Below are positions 25,509-37,800 of a stretch of 64,000 nucleotides of DNA, piece after piece. The notes under the pieces are model-generated. The model was not told the DNA's origin, ran no database searches, and was given only the letters and a program-made list of their open reading frames with translations. Location of the stretch: the NCBI GenBank assembly GCA_036785375.1, contig JAWMAR010000788.1, forward strand, positions 434,001 through 498,000, written 5' to 3'. Both the position numbers and the translations under genes were made by a program. The first letter of the stretch is position 1; every line of letters starts with the position of its first letter. The DNA is from Leucoraja ocellata. Its lineage: Eukaryota.

Positions 25509-28500
25509 ATTGATATCAATTTCTTGCAAGATGCCTCCAATAAATATCCCAATATCAGACCAGTTTTAGCAGCCCAGGTGACAACCATTTTCTAAACCAA
25601 AAGATTTTTCCAGAGAGACTACCTGCCTCGAAACTCCAAAAATTCCATCTGCCCCTATGGAAAAGTTAAAGTCGCAGAATAAGGTTGGTCAAATCCCTCT
25701 CCTGTATGCTTTGCAAGATCAATGGAGCACATTTTATTTTACATTTTCCTAGCCAGCTTATTGATACACATTTAATAGTGCTCTTCAACCACTACTGACA
25801 ATAGTCGAGAACTCAGACATTCTCAACTTCAGCAGAATTAATTAGTTTAAGCTGTAAAAGATAGATTTTGGGAAATATTGATAATTTTGTATTTCTTGTT
25901 TCAAGAGGAACAATTCACACAGTGAATTCACTGAAAATAATTTTCCTGCTCTGGATTAGCAATGTTGACTTTGTCAACCAGTTATCCTCTACCTAATCTT
26001 AATTTTAAAACAATTACTTGGTAAATTAACAATGATTGAAGGGAGGTATTAAGAGTTCTTCTCATTGGCCAGACATGGACAAGAGCCAACGCTTTCAGGA
26101 TGCAAACATTTCCTTTCCTTTCTATTTGAAAGCTAAACTCCAGTTTCAGATACTCAAAAGCTTACGGTTACATTTCATCTCATTGTGAATATCTGGCTGG
26201 GATGTGGGGAAAGAACTGGAAGAACATTTCTCTCCTCCAACTCTATTAAATGGTGACTGGACTTTCAGCACACAATTAACGGCTCCAGGATCCATTTACT
26301 GGACAGAAAAAACTTTTCTCCAACTAAACATTGACTGGTCACCGTCGTTACCATTTTTCTTTACGACAACTATCTGAAACTATTCACCAATGTTGATGCC
26401 ATGTTTGACCTCCAACCATACACCTTTGGCATCACAAGAGCAGTGAACCGTGCAGCACAAAGACAGGCTCCAAGCCACGTGTCTGCGTTGAACAGCTAGC
26501 ACTTTTTGCCAGCTATGTAATGTCACCCAACTCTGCCTTCCCAAGCTCAATTGTTGCCACAAGCCACATCCATATATTGCTAACTTTAGGCGCAACTTTC
26601 CCAGTGCTGTTTCAGCTATCTCCCATGTGCCATCATATAAATACAATAGGTTATTCTGTGCCACAGTTCTCCCATTCAAGTTCTGTACATCCATCATCCT
26701 GTAAACTCCCTGACCTTTATTGGTTACTAGTTAAGCAGAAATCAATTTTAAAATTTAGCATCATTGTCATATTGTTTTACAGCCTCATCTCTTCCCAGTA
26801 ATCCTCCAAGTCCGACTAATTCCTCCAAATCTGGCTTCTTGAGAGTCCAAAATTTTAATCACTAGCCCACACCTACCAAGACACTAAGCTTTGGTTATCC
26901 CCAATGGGTTTTTTCCATCCTTCAAGATGGTCCTTAAAACCCAACCTGTATCAGCCCTAACATTGTATATGGGTCCACATTAAGGTATGTTTGACAAAGT
27001 TCCTTCGAAGCACGTAAATAACTCTCAATAAAGAATAACTTTCAGACTGGATCCAGTATCCAGCCCAATATTTTACCCAGCATATTGGTGCGGACATTGG
27101 TGCACCCAACGACATTGTAGACTATTCACAAGCACATTTGAGTTAAATGTATGCGACCAATACTTAGATGAAACAGAAAATATAAACTAATTTGATTACA
27201 GAGGGATAAGGGAAGGAGCATTAAAAATTCATCTAAAATGTTAATTGAGTTAACAGATAACTTCCCTGCTGGAAAGAATATTGTAAGTTCTTGTAATGAC
27301 CATGAATTGCAAAGTACATGTCATCTAAAGACATCTGCAGTCCATGTGTTACTTGACAACCCACTATAACTAAAACATTTCCATGGCCCAAGAAATAGGC
27401 CAAATTCTTTAAATGCACATGAACAATTTGATCAAAACCACAAAATTCTACTCTGCAATATAAAGGGTGAGCAACTTTTGATGTCAATTATAGGAACCAT
27501 AAAACCCTTCTGTTAGGCAAAACAAAGAACAACTTCTGGCACAAGAAATTTACAGACCCTATTCCACCACCAGAAATACATATAACACAGTACAGCACAA
27601 GGCTCTTCAGCCCACAATTCTGTGCCAAACATGACGCCAAGTTAAATCACTACATACCAGGAAAATCATATAAACATTGGTACTCACAATATCTACGACA
27701 ATCAACCTAACCAGGAAGTGCAGAAATACTTGAAAATAGTCTGTCGCCGATTTGATGCTTCTGGAAAATTTGCTTTATAAACTACATCTGTATTACATAC
27801 AGCTTGGGAATTTTAGACAATTAAAAATACAACTTAAAGAGACACCTCCTAATCTTTTTCTCTAACCTCGACTGAAAATACCAACTTCCAGGGTCACACA
27901 TTCTATGGCCCATTCCTTATCAAATTCTTGACCACATGAATTATATTGTTAACCAAGTACAAGAGCAAGCCCAACTCCTGCATCAAAAGACATTCAGGAA
28001 GGAGTAATGGCATATTTTCCCCCTCTAATTGGAACTGGAGTATTAAAGAATGACAACTTGAGGCTGCAAGTTGACGGCAATATCTGCGTAAGTTTGGAGA
28101 GGGTGGCAGAATGCTGGTCGGGTGAGGAGAAGAAAGCAGATTGAAAGAATAGCAAGAGGAGTGAATTACAGGGGGAAGATAAATCAGCTGGCCTATTCAT
28201 TGTACATAGCCACTCGGCATGGCTCATTATTTCTTTGCTACGTTCATGACCCTGCCTTTGTTTATTTCCAATGACACTTGCTTTCAGATGATAAATTATC
28301 CTCTTTAGAATGTCTTTAAAGTTGGCCATTTCAGCATGGAAACAAAGGCCATATGTCATTTTGCAGTCAGGGAACCAAAGTCCTATATGCACAAAGAGGG
28401 CAAGGCAGATGTGAAGGCAATAAATTCCCTTCCCTTCAGATGGCTCACGCATCCCTTTTGAAGCAAGTTCATGTTTATTATTTCAGTTGCGTCCAAATAG

Positions 28501-28839
28501 CAATCAATAATTAAGGACATTTCTATTTCCAAAGCAACATTTCTTGGTCTGATTTTGTTTCAGGTAACTACATGCATATTACTAGTAACACTACTACTAC
28601 TACTAGTGTCTGTTTGAATTAGCCAAGCTAATTGTACAGATTGTTTAAACTACTATTTATTATCTTCTTGCAAAAATGTACTCTTAAAAAAATAAATAAC
28701 GCTTGAACATGCCTCAGTTTTAAGTAATTTTAAATTGCACGTGTCTGCACTCAAGCCACAAATTTAGCATTGATGGTATCTTCCAGGAACATGGCAAATG
28801 TCCAACCATTCCCTGCAAACCTGTACTGTCCCTGCCTGC

Positions 28840-30217
28840 TGCAGTCTCCACTATTGTCCCTCTACCCAAAAAGACAAGGATTACTGGTCTTATTGACCAT
28901 AAGCCTGTCGCACTGACCTCTGCAGTCATGAAGATCCTTGAAAGACCTGTGCTGACCAAGCTGCAAAATATCACAAACACCCTGCTGGGCCCTCTGCAGT
29001 TTGCATACCGGGCCAATAGATCAGTGGATGATGCAGTCAACCTAGGTCTGCACTTCATCCTCCAGCACCTAGACCACCAGGGATTTTGTTTGTTGATTTT
29101 AACCCTGCATTCAACACCATTTTGCCAGAGCTACTACACTCTAAACTCTCCACGTTGACTATGCCTGAACCCCTCTGTCAGTAGATCACCAACTTCCTGT
29201 CAGACAGAAAGCAGCATGTGAGGCTGAGAAAGCACATCTTGGACCCGCAGACCACAAGGCTGCGTACTCTCTCCTCTCCTCTACACCAACGACTGCACCT
29301 CCACAGACTCCTCTGTCAAGCTCCTCCAGTTTGCGGACGACACAACCCTGATTGGACTGATCCAGGCGGGGGAGGAATCTGTTTACAGACAGGAAGTGAC
29401 ACAGCTGGCGTCCTGGTGCCTTTGTAATAACCTGGAGCTCAATGCTCTTAAGACAGTGGAATTGATAGACTTTAGGAGAGTTCCCCCTCCCCTCCCTCAC
29501 CATCAACAACATCACAGTCACATCTGTGGAGTCTTTTAAGTTCCTTGGAACCATCATCTCCAAGGACCTGAAATAGGGGGCCGCAATCGACTCCACATAT
29601 TAAAAAGGCCCAACAGAGGTACTTCCCGTGGCAGCTGAGGAAACACAATCTGCCACAGGCAATGATGGTCCAATTCTATACTGCCATCATAGAGTCTGTC
29701 CTCACCTTCTCCATCATGGTCTGGTTTGGCTCAGCCACCAAGCACGACATCCGAAGGCTGCAGTGAATCGTCTGATCAGCTGAGAAGGTTGTTGGCTGCA
29801 ACCTTCCCTCTCCCCCTCCCCCCCCCCCCCTCCATTGATGAACTGTACACTGCAAGGGCCAGGAAGCGAGCGGGTAAGATCATCTCTGACCCCTCTCACC
29901 CGGGCCACTAACTCTTTGAAGCATTTCCCTCTGGAAGGCGACACCGGACTGTCAAAGCCACCACAGCCAGGCATAAAAACTTTTTTTCCCCACGAGTAGT
30001 AGCTCTACTCAATAGCCAAAAGTCTGTAACCTCATTTTGCTCTGTTATTTTATTTCATTCACATGTTTAAACCGTAATGTTTTATTATTAATGTTTAATG
30101 TTTTATGTGTCATTCTTAATTGTCACTGTGTGTCGTGTTGTTACTTGCGAGGGGAGCACCAAGGCAAATTCATTGTATGTGAATACTTGGCCAATAAACT
30201 TATCCATTCATTCATTC
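28840..30217 (+). mobile_element. Rex1/Babar-type non-LTR retrotransposon, 5'-truncated and frameshifted
   Basis: STIVPLPKK...PVALTSAVMKILER, LQFAYRANRSVDDAV, LQFADDTTLIGLI RT motifs; AATAAA plus (TTCA)n tail. Confidence 0.88.
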
Positions 30218-32470
30218 AAACAAAAACTAGGTTGACACTTTCATATAATGCTTTGAGCATGATGGAGTGTCAGAGATCCCGTAAATTAATAGATGATTGA
30301 TGCAGAAACATTAATTTGACGGTTCTTCAAGAACTGCAGTGGTCCTGCTTCACCTCACTGTTTCTTGTGGAGCCCAGTTTATTTATGTCTGCTTACACAA
30401 CAACATTCACTTTGTAATGCCCTGTAATCTTGGGTGTATTCCATACAGTCTAATGGCTACTGGGAAGGGACCTCTTCTTTCAGGTACACAAAAATATCTT
30501 GTGAATCATTAAGCAGCTTTTCAAAAGTGAAATGGAACTGTTAAGCACAGGGGTGATTACCAAGTCGAAATACCAAGATTAATGGTTTAATGTTTAAGAT
30601 GCAAGCAGTACAAATGCTTACCATAATGTTATACACGCACAGTCCCACGAGTTATGAATTGCTAACTGGAGTCATTTGTGTCACATTTAAAATCCCAAAA
30701 CAGTTTTCTCAGAATTTTCTTGAGGTTTCTGCTGATGTTTACCACTAACATTTCTCAGCTGCAGCAAACACAACCCACACTCTACCTTCCAAATATTTTC
30801 CCCACTATAATGTATTTTCTTAAAACACCATCACACTATTCGGATGGAATAACTGCTTGAAATGAAATGACTCAATTTGCAGACAAGGGCAACAGGCTGA
30901 GATGAGTAAACAGCATTGTGTACAAGAGTGGATAGCTTGTTAGGATCATTAAAATCAAGTTGAAGATATATTGAAATTAAAAAGATAACGGGCTTTCTGA
31001 TTGCATGTGGTCATGTTAATTATTTATGTCTTGTGATTTTCATTCTCATGTACTGGATCTGCTGTATATTTTCACCAGAGCTTTGTGGGAAAAAATCAGT
31101 AGGAATAGAATATTTATGAAAGTTATGGCAGTAGTTTATCATGTGATTTTTGATGGGACATCTGGTTTAAATTGATCATTTTTGATGTTTTGTCAACTTA
31201 CCTGTGTTGGTGGTCACCAAAAACAATGAAGTATATTGCAGGACATAGAAATGTGCAAGATAATTCAGGGACCTATGTGGACCTGTACAGTCTACAACTC
31301 AACCCAGCAAGCAAACACATTCTTGTTTGTAAACTTGTTTTATTTGAGAAATAATGAAAATAGAAAACTATACAAAGTAAAAAAAATACATATAATTTAA
31401 CCCTAAATATAGAAAGTCAACATGCATTGGATACATATTAAACGAGAAAGTAGAAAGAGTAAATAAAATATACCACAAAAGCTGCATTTCTGGTAACAAA
31501 TATCCAGTTAATAGTTCATTTTGAAAGGGGCACACTTAACAATGCTACAGTCATCAGCTAAGGATGTTGGCGAGTTCACTTAAGCACAACCTCTTCCACC
31601 ACATATTCAGGCAACGATGTTAAACAACTTTAAGTAACTTTCTGGGATCTCTGAGGCTGAGAGGCAGTTAGAAAACATCCATAAATGCATTTACTCAGCA
31701 GTTCACACTTCAAATAAAATCCAGCTTTATTGTAAACCAAGCCAAGTCTCTGTAATAACTGAAAATATTTAAACAATCCTAACTATGGTCCATTTAGTTT
31801 TGAAAGATTGATTATGTACTTTATGCCTCAAATCTAGTTGAAGTAATGATGAGGCACATTTGAGAGAAGGGGAGGATATTTCTAATAGCCTTTGAAAATA
31901 CCAATTCCCATGTACAAACTCGACATTATTGAGATCCACATGAATGCTGTATTGGGAACTCATTGCAGACTCGAGCGACTTGGAAAGGATGTGTTTAAAT
32001 CTCACAAGAAATGGTTTGCAGCCATGCCAATTCCAAAGCCCATTGTCACTATGTTCCTGCTTGTACTATCAACAGTTGACAGCAAATAGATTGTGGGATC
32101 ATTTGAATGGACTCTGCCCTTTGCATTCCTTCAAAGGTGACACTTAAATTCTTTGGGAGCAAAAATAAACTATGGAATATTAAACGCTTGGATTCCAAGC
32201 ACAGGCTAACATTCCTAATTTCCCAATAAACTGAATTCCACAATGCAAGAGACTGTGGTGGAACCAAGTCGTGCAACATTATAAGAATAGAAGAGTGGCA
32301 GTTGCCTGGAATGCCTGGGTGGGTAAAGTTTCCTAAATGATACACTAGTTGGCTTTAGGGATGTCATGATTAAGGAAAGAATGTGGTCTAATATCTAATG
32401 CTTACCAATACTATCGACATTCTTATGTCAGAGTCCAGCATGACCTGTTATGAGAGTACAGGCAAATCTA

Positions 32471-32696
32471 AGGTAGACACAAAACGCTGGAGTAACTCAG
32501 AGGGACAGCCAGCATCTCTGGAGAGAAGGAATAGGTGACGTTTCGGGTAGAGACCCTTCTTCAGACGGAGATTGAGAAGGGCCTCGACTCGAAACTTCAC
32601 CCATTCCTTCTCTCCAGAGATGCTGCCTGTCCTGTTGAGTTACTCCAGCATTTTGTGTCTACCTTCGAATTAAACCAGCATCTGCAGTTCTTTCCT
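32471..32696. mobile_element. Penelope-derived fold-back element with an intact minus-strand hammerhead core
   Basis: About 95-bp inverted arms; minus strand GT-CTGAAGA-A-GGGTCTCTACCC-GAAAC-GTC-ACC at 32534-32566. Confidence 0.8.
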
Positions 32697-32949
32697 AAGT
32701 CGAATCCAATTTGCTGTAGCCTCAAGAACACACACCATTCAGTGCAATGGTGCAATTTGCTCGCATGTATCCATCATTTGTCGCATGCAATGCTGATTTA
32801 GGTTTTTCTCCTGTTGTGAACTGGATAAAAATTTCTGGAAGTGACTTCCAATTTTCGGAATGATATACAAGACCATTTCAGCCAATTGAATTGATGCTGG
32901 CTCAGAGTAACCAATTGCTCCTGTACCTACTTTCTCCATATTCTCATCA

Positions 32950-33300
32950 ACCCACCTACCCATTTGGGGCAATCTGTAGCAGTCAATTAACCTACCAACT
33001 GTGGGAGGGAGCTGAATCACCTGGGGAAACCACGGTCATAGGTGTAATATGCAACTGCCAAACAGACAGCGCTGAAGATCAGGACTAAATCCAGATCAAT
33101 GGAGTAGAAAGGAACTACAGATGCTGGTATATACTGAAGATCGACACAAAGCGTCAAGTAACTCAGCAGGTCAAGCAGCATTTCTGGAGAAAAAGGATGG
33201 ATGATGTTGGGTCTGAATAAGGGTCCCTACCCAAAGAATCACCCATCCTTTTTCTGCTCCAGCACTTTGTGTCTATCACCAGATCAGTGGTGCTGTGAGG
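32950..33300. mobile_element. Degenerate minus-strand V-SINE interrupted by a Penelope-derived fold-back element (about 33108-33278)
   Basis: SINE stops at ...CCAGATCAATGG and resumes CCAGATCAGTGGTGCTGTGAGGCAAC after the PLE copy. Confidence 0.55.
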
Positions 33301-34036
33301 CAACAGACCTAATCGCAGAGAAGCAGGCTCCAGCAGTTTCCCAAACTATCATTTGGGTTGGTTTCAATATTTATCCAGGCATGTTAGTACAACTTCAAGA
33401 GGGAGGTACAGCAACTGAATAAACATTACACCATTTGGAGCTTATGTCTCCAAAGCATTCATTAAAAATTTAAAGGACAGCACCTCTGTTCAGGAGTGGT
33501 ATGTTCTTAAAATGTTTTAAATACTATAACCGGTAGTGAGATAACACATTTGCCACAGCAAGACCCCAATGGAGTTTAACAGGACTATTATTAACCAAAT
33601 GTGGTACTGTGGCAAATGTCAGTGAAGATGTTCAGATGCTTGGCCAAGGAGTAGTTTGAGTTATATACAACAAAATATAGAAGTTTATAGGAGGATTTTT
33701 ATTATTTAAAAGGCATCAGGGTCTTGAATGCATGCCCGTTGATAGTGAACACAATCAAGAATGGCTCAAGAAATCAGAATGCGAGTTTAAATACCTCAAA
33801 GCTGTCCAGCTCGGGAATACTTGAGTTAGTAGGCTATTAGTCATGTATGTGTTCAAAAAGAAGAATTCAAAAAGGTGTCTATCAACTGGGAGTCAAAGGT
33901 AGGTCACCAACAGGAGTAACAGGCAAAGGGGAATTCTTGTAAGATGAAATTGATTTTGGGTTGACATCGGTTTATAGAAATATGAATGAGCAAGAGCAGT
34001 CAGGATTGCATTATTATCTTTCTTACCTCTGGAATT

Positions 34037-34641
34037 CATATCGCGTGTCTGGGTGGAGTTTGCATGTTCTCTGCGACTATGTGGGTTTCTTCCAGGTGCA
34101 TCCATTTCCTCCCACAACCCAAAGACATGGTAGTTGACAGGATAACTTCCCAATGCAATTTAGTGCCAGTGGGTGAGATGCAAGAGTAAAAGGTGAGGAG
34201 AGAAATAGTTGATGAACATATGCGGGGTGGACAGAGAGAAGGGGGGTGGACAGAGAGAAGGGGGTTGGACAGAGAGAAGGGGGTGGACAGAGAGAAGGGG
34301 GGTGGACAGAGAGAAGGGGGGTGGACAGAGAGAAGGGGGGTGGACAGAGAGAAGGGGGGTGGACAGAGAGAAGGGGGGTGGACAGAGAGAAGGGGGGTGG
34401 ACAGAGAGAAGGGGGGTGGACAGAGAGAAGGGGGGTGGACAGAGAGAAGGGGGGTGGACAGAGAGAAGGGGGGTGGACAGAGAGAAGGGGGGTGGACAGA
34501 GAGAAGGGGGGTGGACAGAGAGAAGGGGGGGGGGTGGACAGAGAGAGCAAGAAAAGGGAGAGAAAGAATAAGAGAGTGAATGACGTGGTCTTCACTGGGC
34601 CAAAGGGCCGAGTGCCTGTATTGTATTGTATTGTATTGTAT
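34037..34641 (+). mobile_element. Old V-SINE with an internal minisatellite expansion and a (TTGTA)n tail
   Basis: GTCTGGGTGGAGTTTGCATGTTCTC...TTTCCTCCCACAACCCAAAGAC; tail GGGCCAAAGGGCC...(TTGTA)n. Confidence 0.6.
34224..34545. repeat. 19-bp minisatellite (GGGGGGTGGACAGAGAGAA) x about 17
   Basis: Near-perfect tandem units; explains the 19-aa periodic ORFs on both strands. Confidence 0.97.
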
Positions 34642-34893
34642 AAGAGCATTCTGTTCCTTGGAAAGTATAAGCCAATTATATAGAAATGTAATTGTGGTGT
34701 CTGCTAAAATTGTCATGGGTGCCAATTTCATGAATCTATTTAAGCCAAGTGGCAACCCTTCTGAATGTCTTTGAACAATTCTACTTTGTGGTATCTGGAA
34801 TTAAAATACATAACATGGACATGTATTGCTGCTTCCCATTTTAATGATATATCAGCTCAATTAACTCAACTGATAAGAACACAATGTGGCCAC

Positions 34894-34899
34894 TTTATT
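34894..34899 (-). terminator. Candidate intronic poly(A) signal for a BRD4-short isoform (second AATAAA at 35034-35039)
   Basis: Minus strand GAAATAAAGTGGGCCACATTGTGTTCTT, at the end of a roughly 5 kb repeat-free UTR-like block. Confidence 0.45.
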
Positions 34900-37800
34900 T
34901 CAGCTACAGGAACGAGTCTGTCTACAAACAAAGCAACTCAATAACTGACACTTGGGTAACAGGCAATGTAAGGTGTTCTAAGGTCCAGTTGTTTAACAGC
35001 TGTTTTTACCAGAAATACAGCTTTCAATCTCATTTTATTAACTGCCAATCACTATGCAAGCTCTGCTTTTTTTCTTTCATGCGATCCATATAAAACAGCT
35101 ATTCCAACCAACCAATCGATCCCTGTGACCCCAAAGTCAAAAGTAAAATACATGTGTTTTAAAAGCAAAAAGAATGTTCACCATTACAAAATATGCAAGT
35201 CAAAATAAATAAGATATACAATTGCATACAAAACAACAGTTTTGGAACAGTGAATTTTTTTATCACAATAAATTGGAATACAATGTCCAGTTTCTTTTTC
35301 CCCCCAAAAAATCACATCTGTTTTGGCTTACAAATTTCTTTTTAAAAAAGTAAAAAAACAAAGTAGCCAACGAGTGCTAAAGTTTTGACTGAGGGGCCAG
35401 CAATGCCAGTTCAAAGAGAAGTTAAGGTTTCTGTTCTGCTACTTGGATTCAAAAGGATATTTAACGAAATACCTCGATAACAACATTATTTCTGGTTGAA
35501 TGCAATGTATGAATCCATACAAATATTGATTTTAAACATATGGCTATGATCCACTCTGAAACCCTGCACCAACAACAAAGAAAGAATTGTAATGAGCCAT
35601 TCCCAACCATCACCAATCTGGTCGAGAGACTGGCAAGTGTGACACCATCCTTGATCCCGCGCCAATTTAGATTTAAAGTGATATATTAAACTGTAGTAGC
35701 AAATGCACAATAATTAGGGCCTTTTTCAGAGACCACACAGCACCATTCTCAGAATAATTCAACCCAATCCTAAAAAAGATTGCAGCACCAATTCCTATCC
35801 AAAAGACTAGGATTTTAGTTCCCAAATAGGCAAATTCAATTTGTTACAAAATAAGGCTGCCACATAATTAACTTTTCTCCAAGAAATGCATTTTAGACTT
35901 GCGGCCAAGAGTCTTTCAAAGGCAAATGTCCAGCCCCACAGTCAAAAACACCTCCAGCGTAAGTATACCAACAATAAAACCAACCACACCATCACAGAAT
36001 TTGCCCCGGAAGAAATATCAAGGTTTGAAAACCTGCAGATTAAATCTTTTTATTTATACACTTTTTTCTAAAAAAGCAAGTCTCACCAGTGTTTAAAATC
36101 ATGCACGTCAGATGTGTACAAATTTTAATGCACTTTAAAAAAAAATTAAAGAGTAAAGTTAAAGAATTTCAAAATGTTTAGTCTGAAATATTTATGAGCT
36201 GAAACGATGGCTTCAAATTTACCAACAATTCTGAATGGCTCAAATATCACCTGCCTTTAAAAGCAGAACCAATATTGCCATACTGGTCAATTTCTACCGT
36301 GACAAACAAGTGAGATTGTAACTTCCAATGGTGAAGGCAATCACGATAAATATTCAGGGGAATGAGGTTTGATGCAAGTGCATTAAATCCACCAGACTTG
36401 AAATACTGTCACAAATCTCAATAAATTAAAGAAAGATGCAAAGTCACATACAGTGATACTGTAGATTACTTCACTTCCATAAGAATTTCACTAAAGGTTA
36501 TTGACAGGTAAGAGAAGATGTTTACTTGCATGACAAGGGTGAAACTATTTATCCTTTTGTGTCAGATCACCAAGGATAGCAGTGGTTGGAAGAATTTAAT
36601 ACAAATATAAGTGATGCAATACACACAATGGGTGATAACTCCCCAAATAACTTGAATGTCAATAAAGTCATTTGTTCTTCTTTCACTCAATGACTTGTGC
36701 TCCATTATACATTCTTCTGCCTCGGGAGAATCAAAAGCTGATGGGAGCACCAATAACCTCGGTACAAAAATGCACAAAGAAATCGTTACTGCAGAAAATT
36801 CACCCTCAGTGGGGGTTGCCAGAAATTTCCAAAAGGTGGGAGCTGATCTGAAGAACAAAAATCAAATGCTCTCTGCATCATTGCAACTAAACAGTTTAAA
36901 ACTTAAAATCTTTCTGTGGCATGTAACGCAAGGAAATATTCCAAAGTTCCAAAGCACAATTTGTATCTCTGCAAACCTTGCTGAAAATTCAACAGTAAAA
37001 TATACTGTGATGACAATATGAACTGTAATAGGTGCATATGTTGAGTACAAAGCCGGCCATTTAGATTGAAAATCTGATCACATCTTAATACACCGGCATA
37101 ATACGATGTGTACATGGATGACCAACAATCTGAAGGTGAAACCAATGCTTGGCAGAGTAGAAAGGTTCGAGGTTTGAATATTAATCTGTGATGAATCAGT
37201 GGATTTGAACCAGAATATAACAGCTGGCATTATATCACAAAATTCTCATTGGATTCTCGAGCATTTCTGCAGCACCCGAGTGAAAATTCAAACATCTACA
37301 TGGGAATAGGGTATTGGAGATGAACTCAATCAAGCAATGCTGTGCTGCCTCCAGTAATCAAATTATCTTAACATCCAATATGGATATCTAGGAGCGCACG
37401 TTTGATAACTTTAAGCAGTGCGAGCAACAGCAAAGCACTAAATATGAATTTAATTACAATGTTTCATCCCAAAAATTTGTGACCCATCATATCTAAGAAT
37501 ATGAAATATTACTCTCATTGCCAAATTCAATAACATAGAAATTTGAGGAATCGCACGAAATCCATTTGTCCGAACTCGTCTTCACAGGCATATACCCATC
37601 GTTGGCCGACAATTCACAAATTTTTATACATCTTTGAAAAAATTGTTCTATATACTTCAACTTTTTGTTTTGGTTTAAATCGAGTTTGCTACATCCCAAA
37701 ATGTTAGCTCTCTACAATTAGGCTCTCGCCTTCTCACAAAATAAAGACAGATGGTGCAATATTACCGAGCTGTGCTGTACATTTAAAAATACTTCTCAAT

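Noticed and set aside
34036-34755. Long overlapping ORFs (up to 239 aa) and a CRISPR-like look
   Set aside because: They are translations of a stop-free 19-bp minisatellite; there are no unique spacers, so it is neither CRISPR nor a gene
35990-36035. Acceptor-like CTGCAG|GTTTTC as the equivalent of the human GPA terminal exon
   Set aside because: No pyrimidine tract and no sequence resemblance
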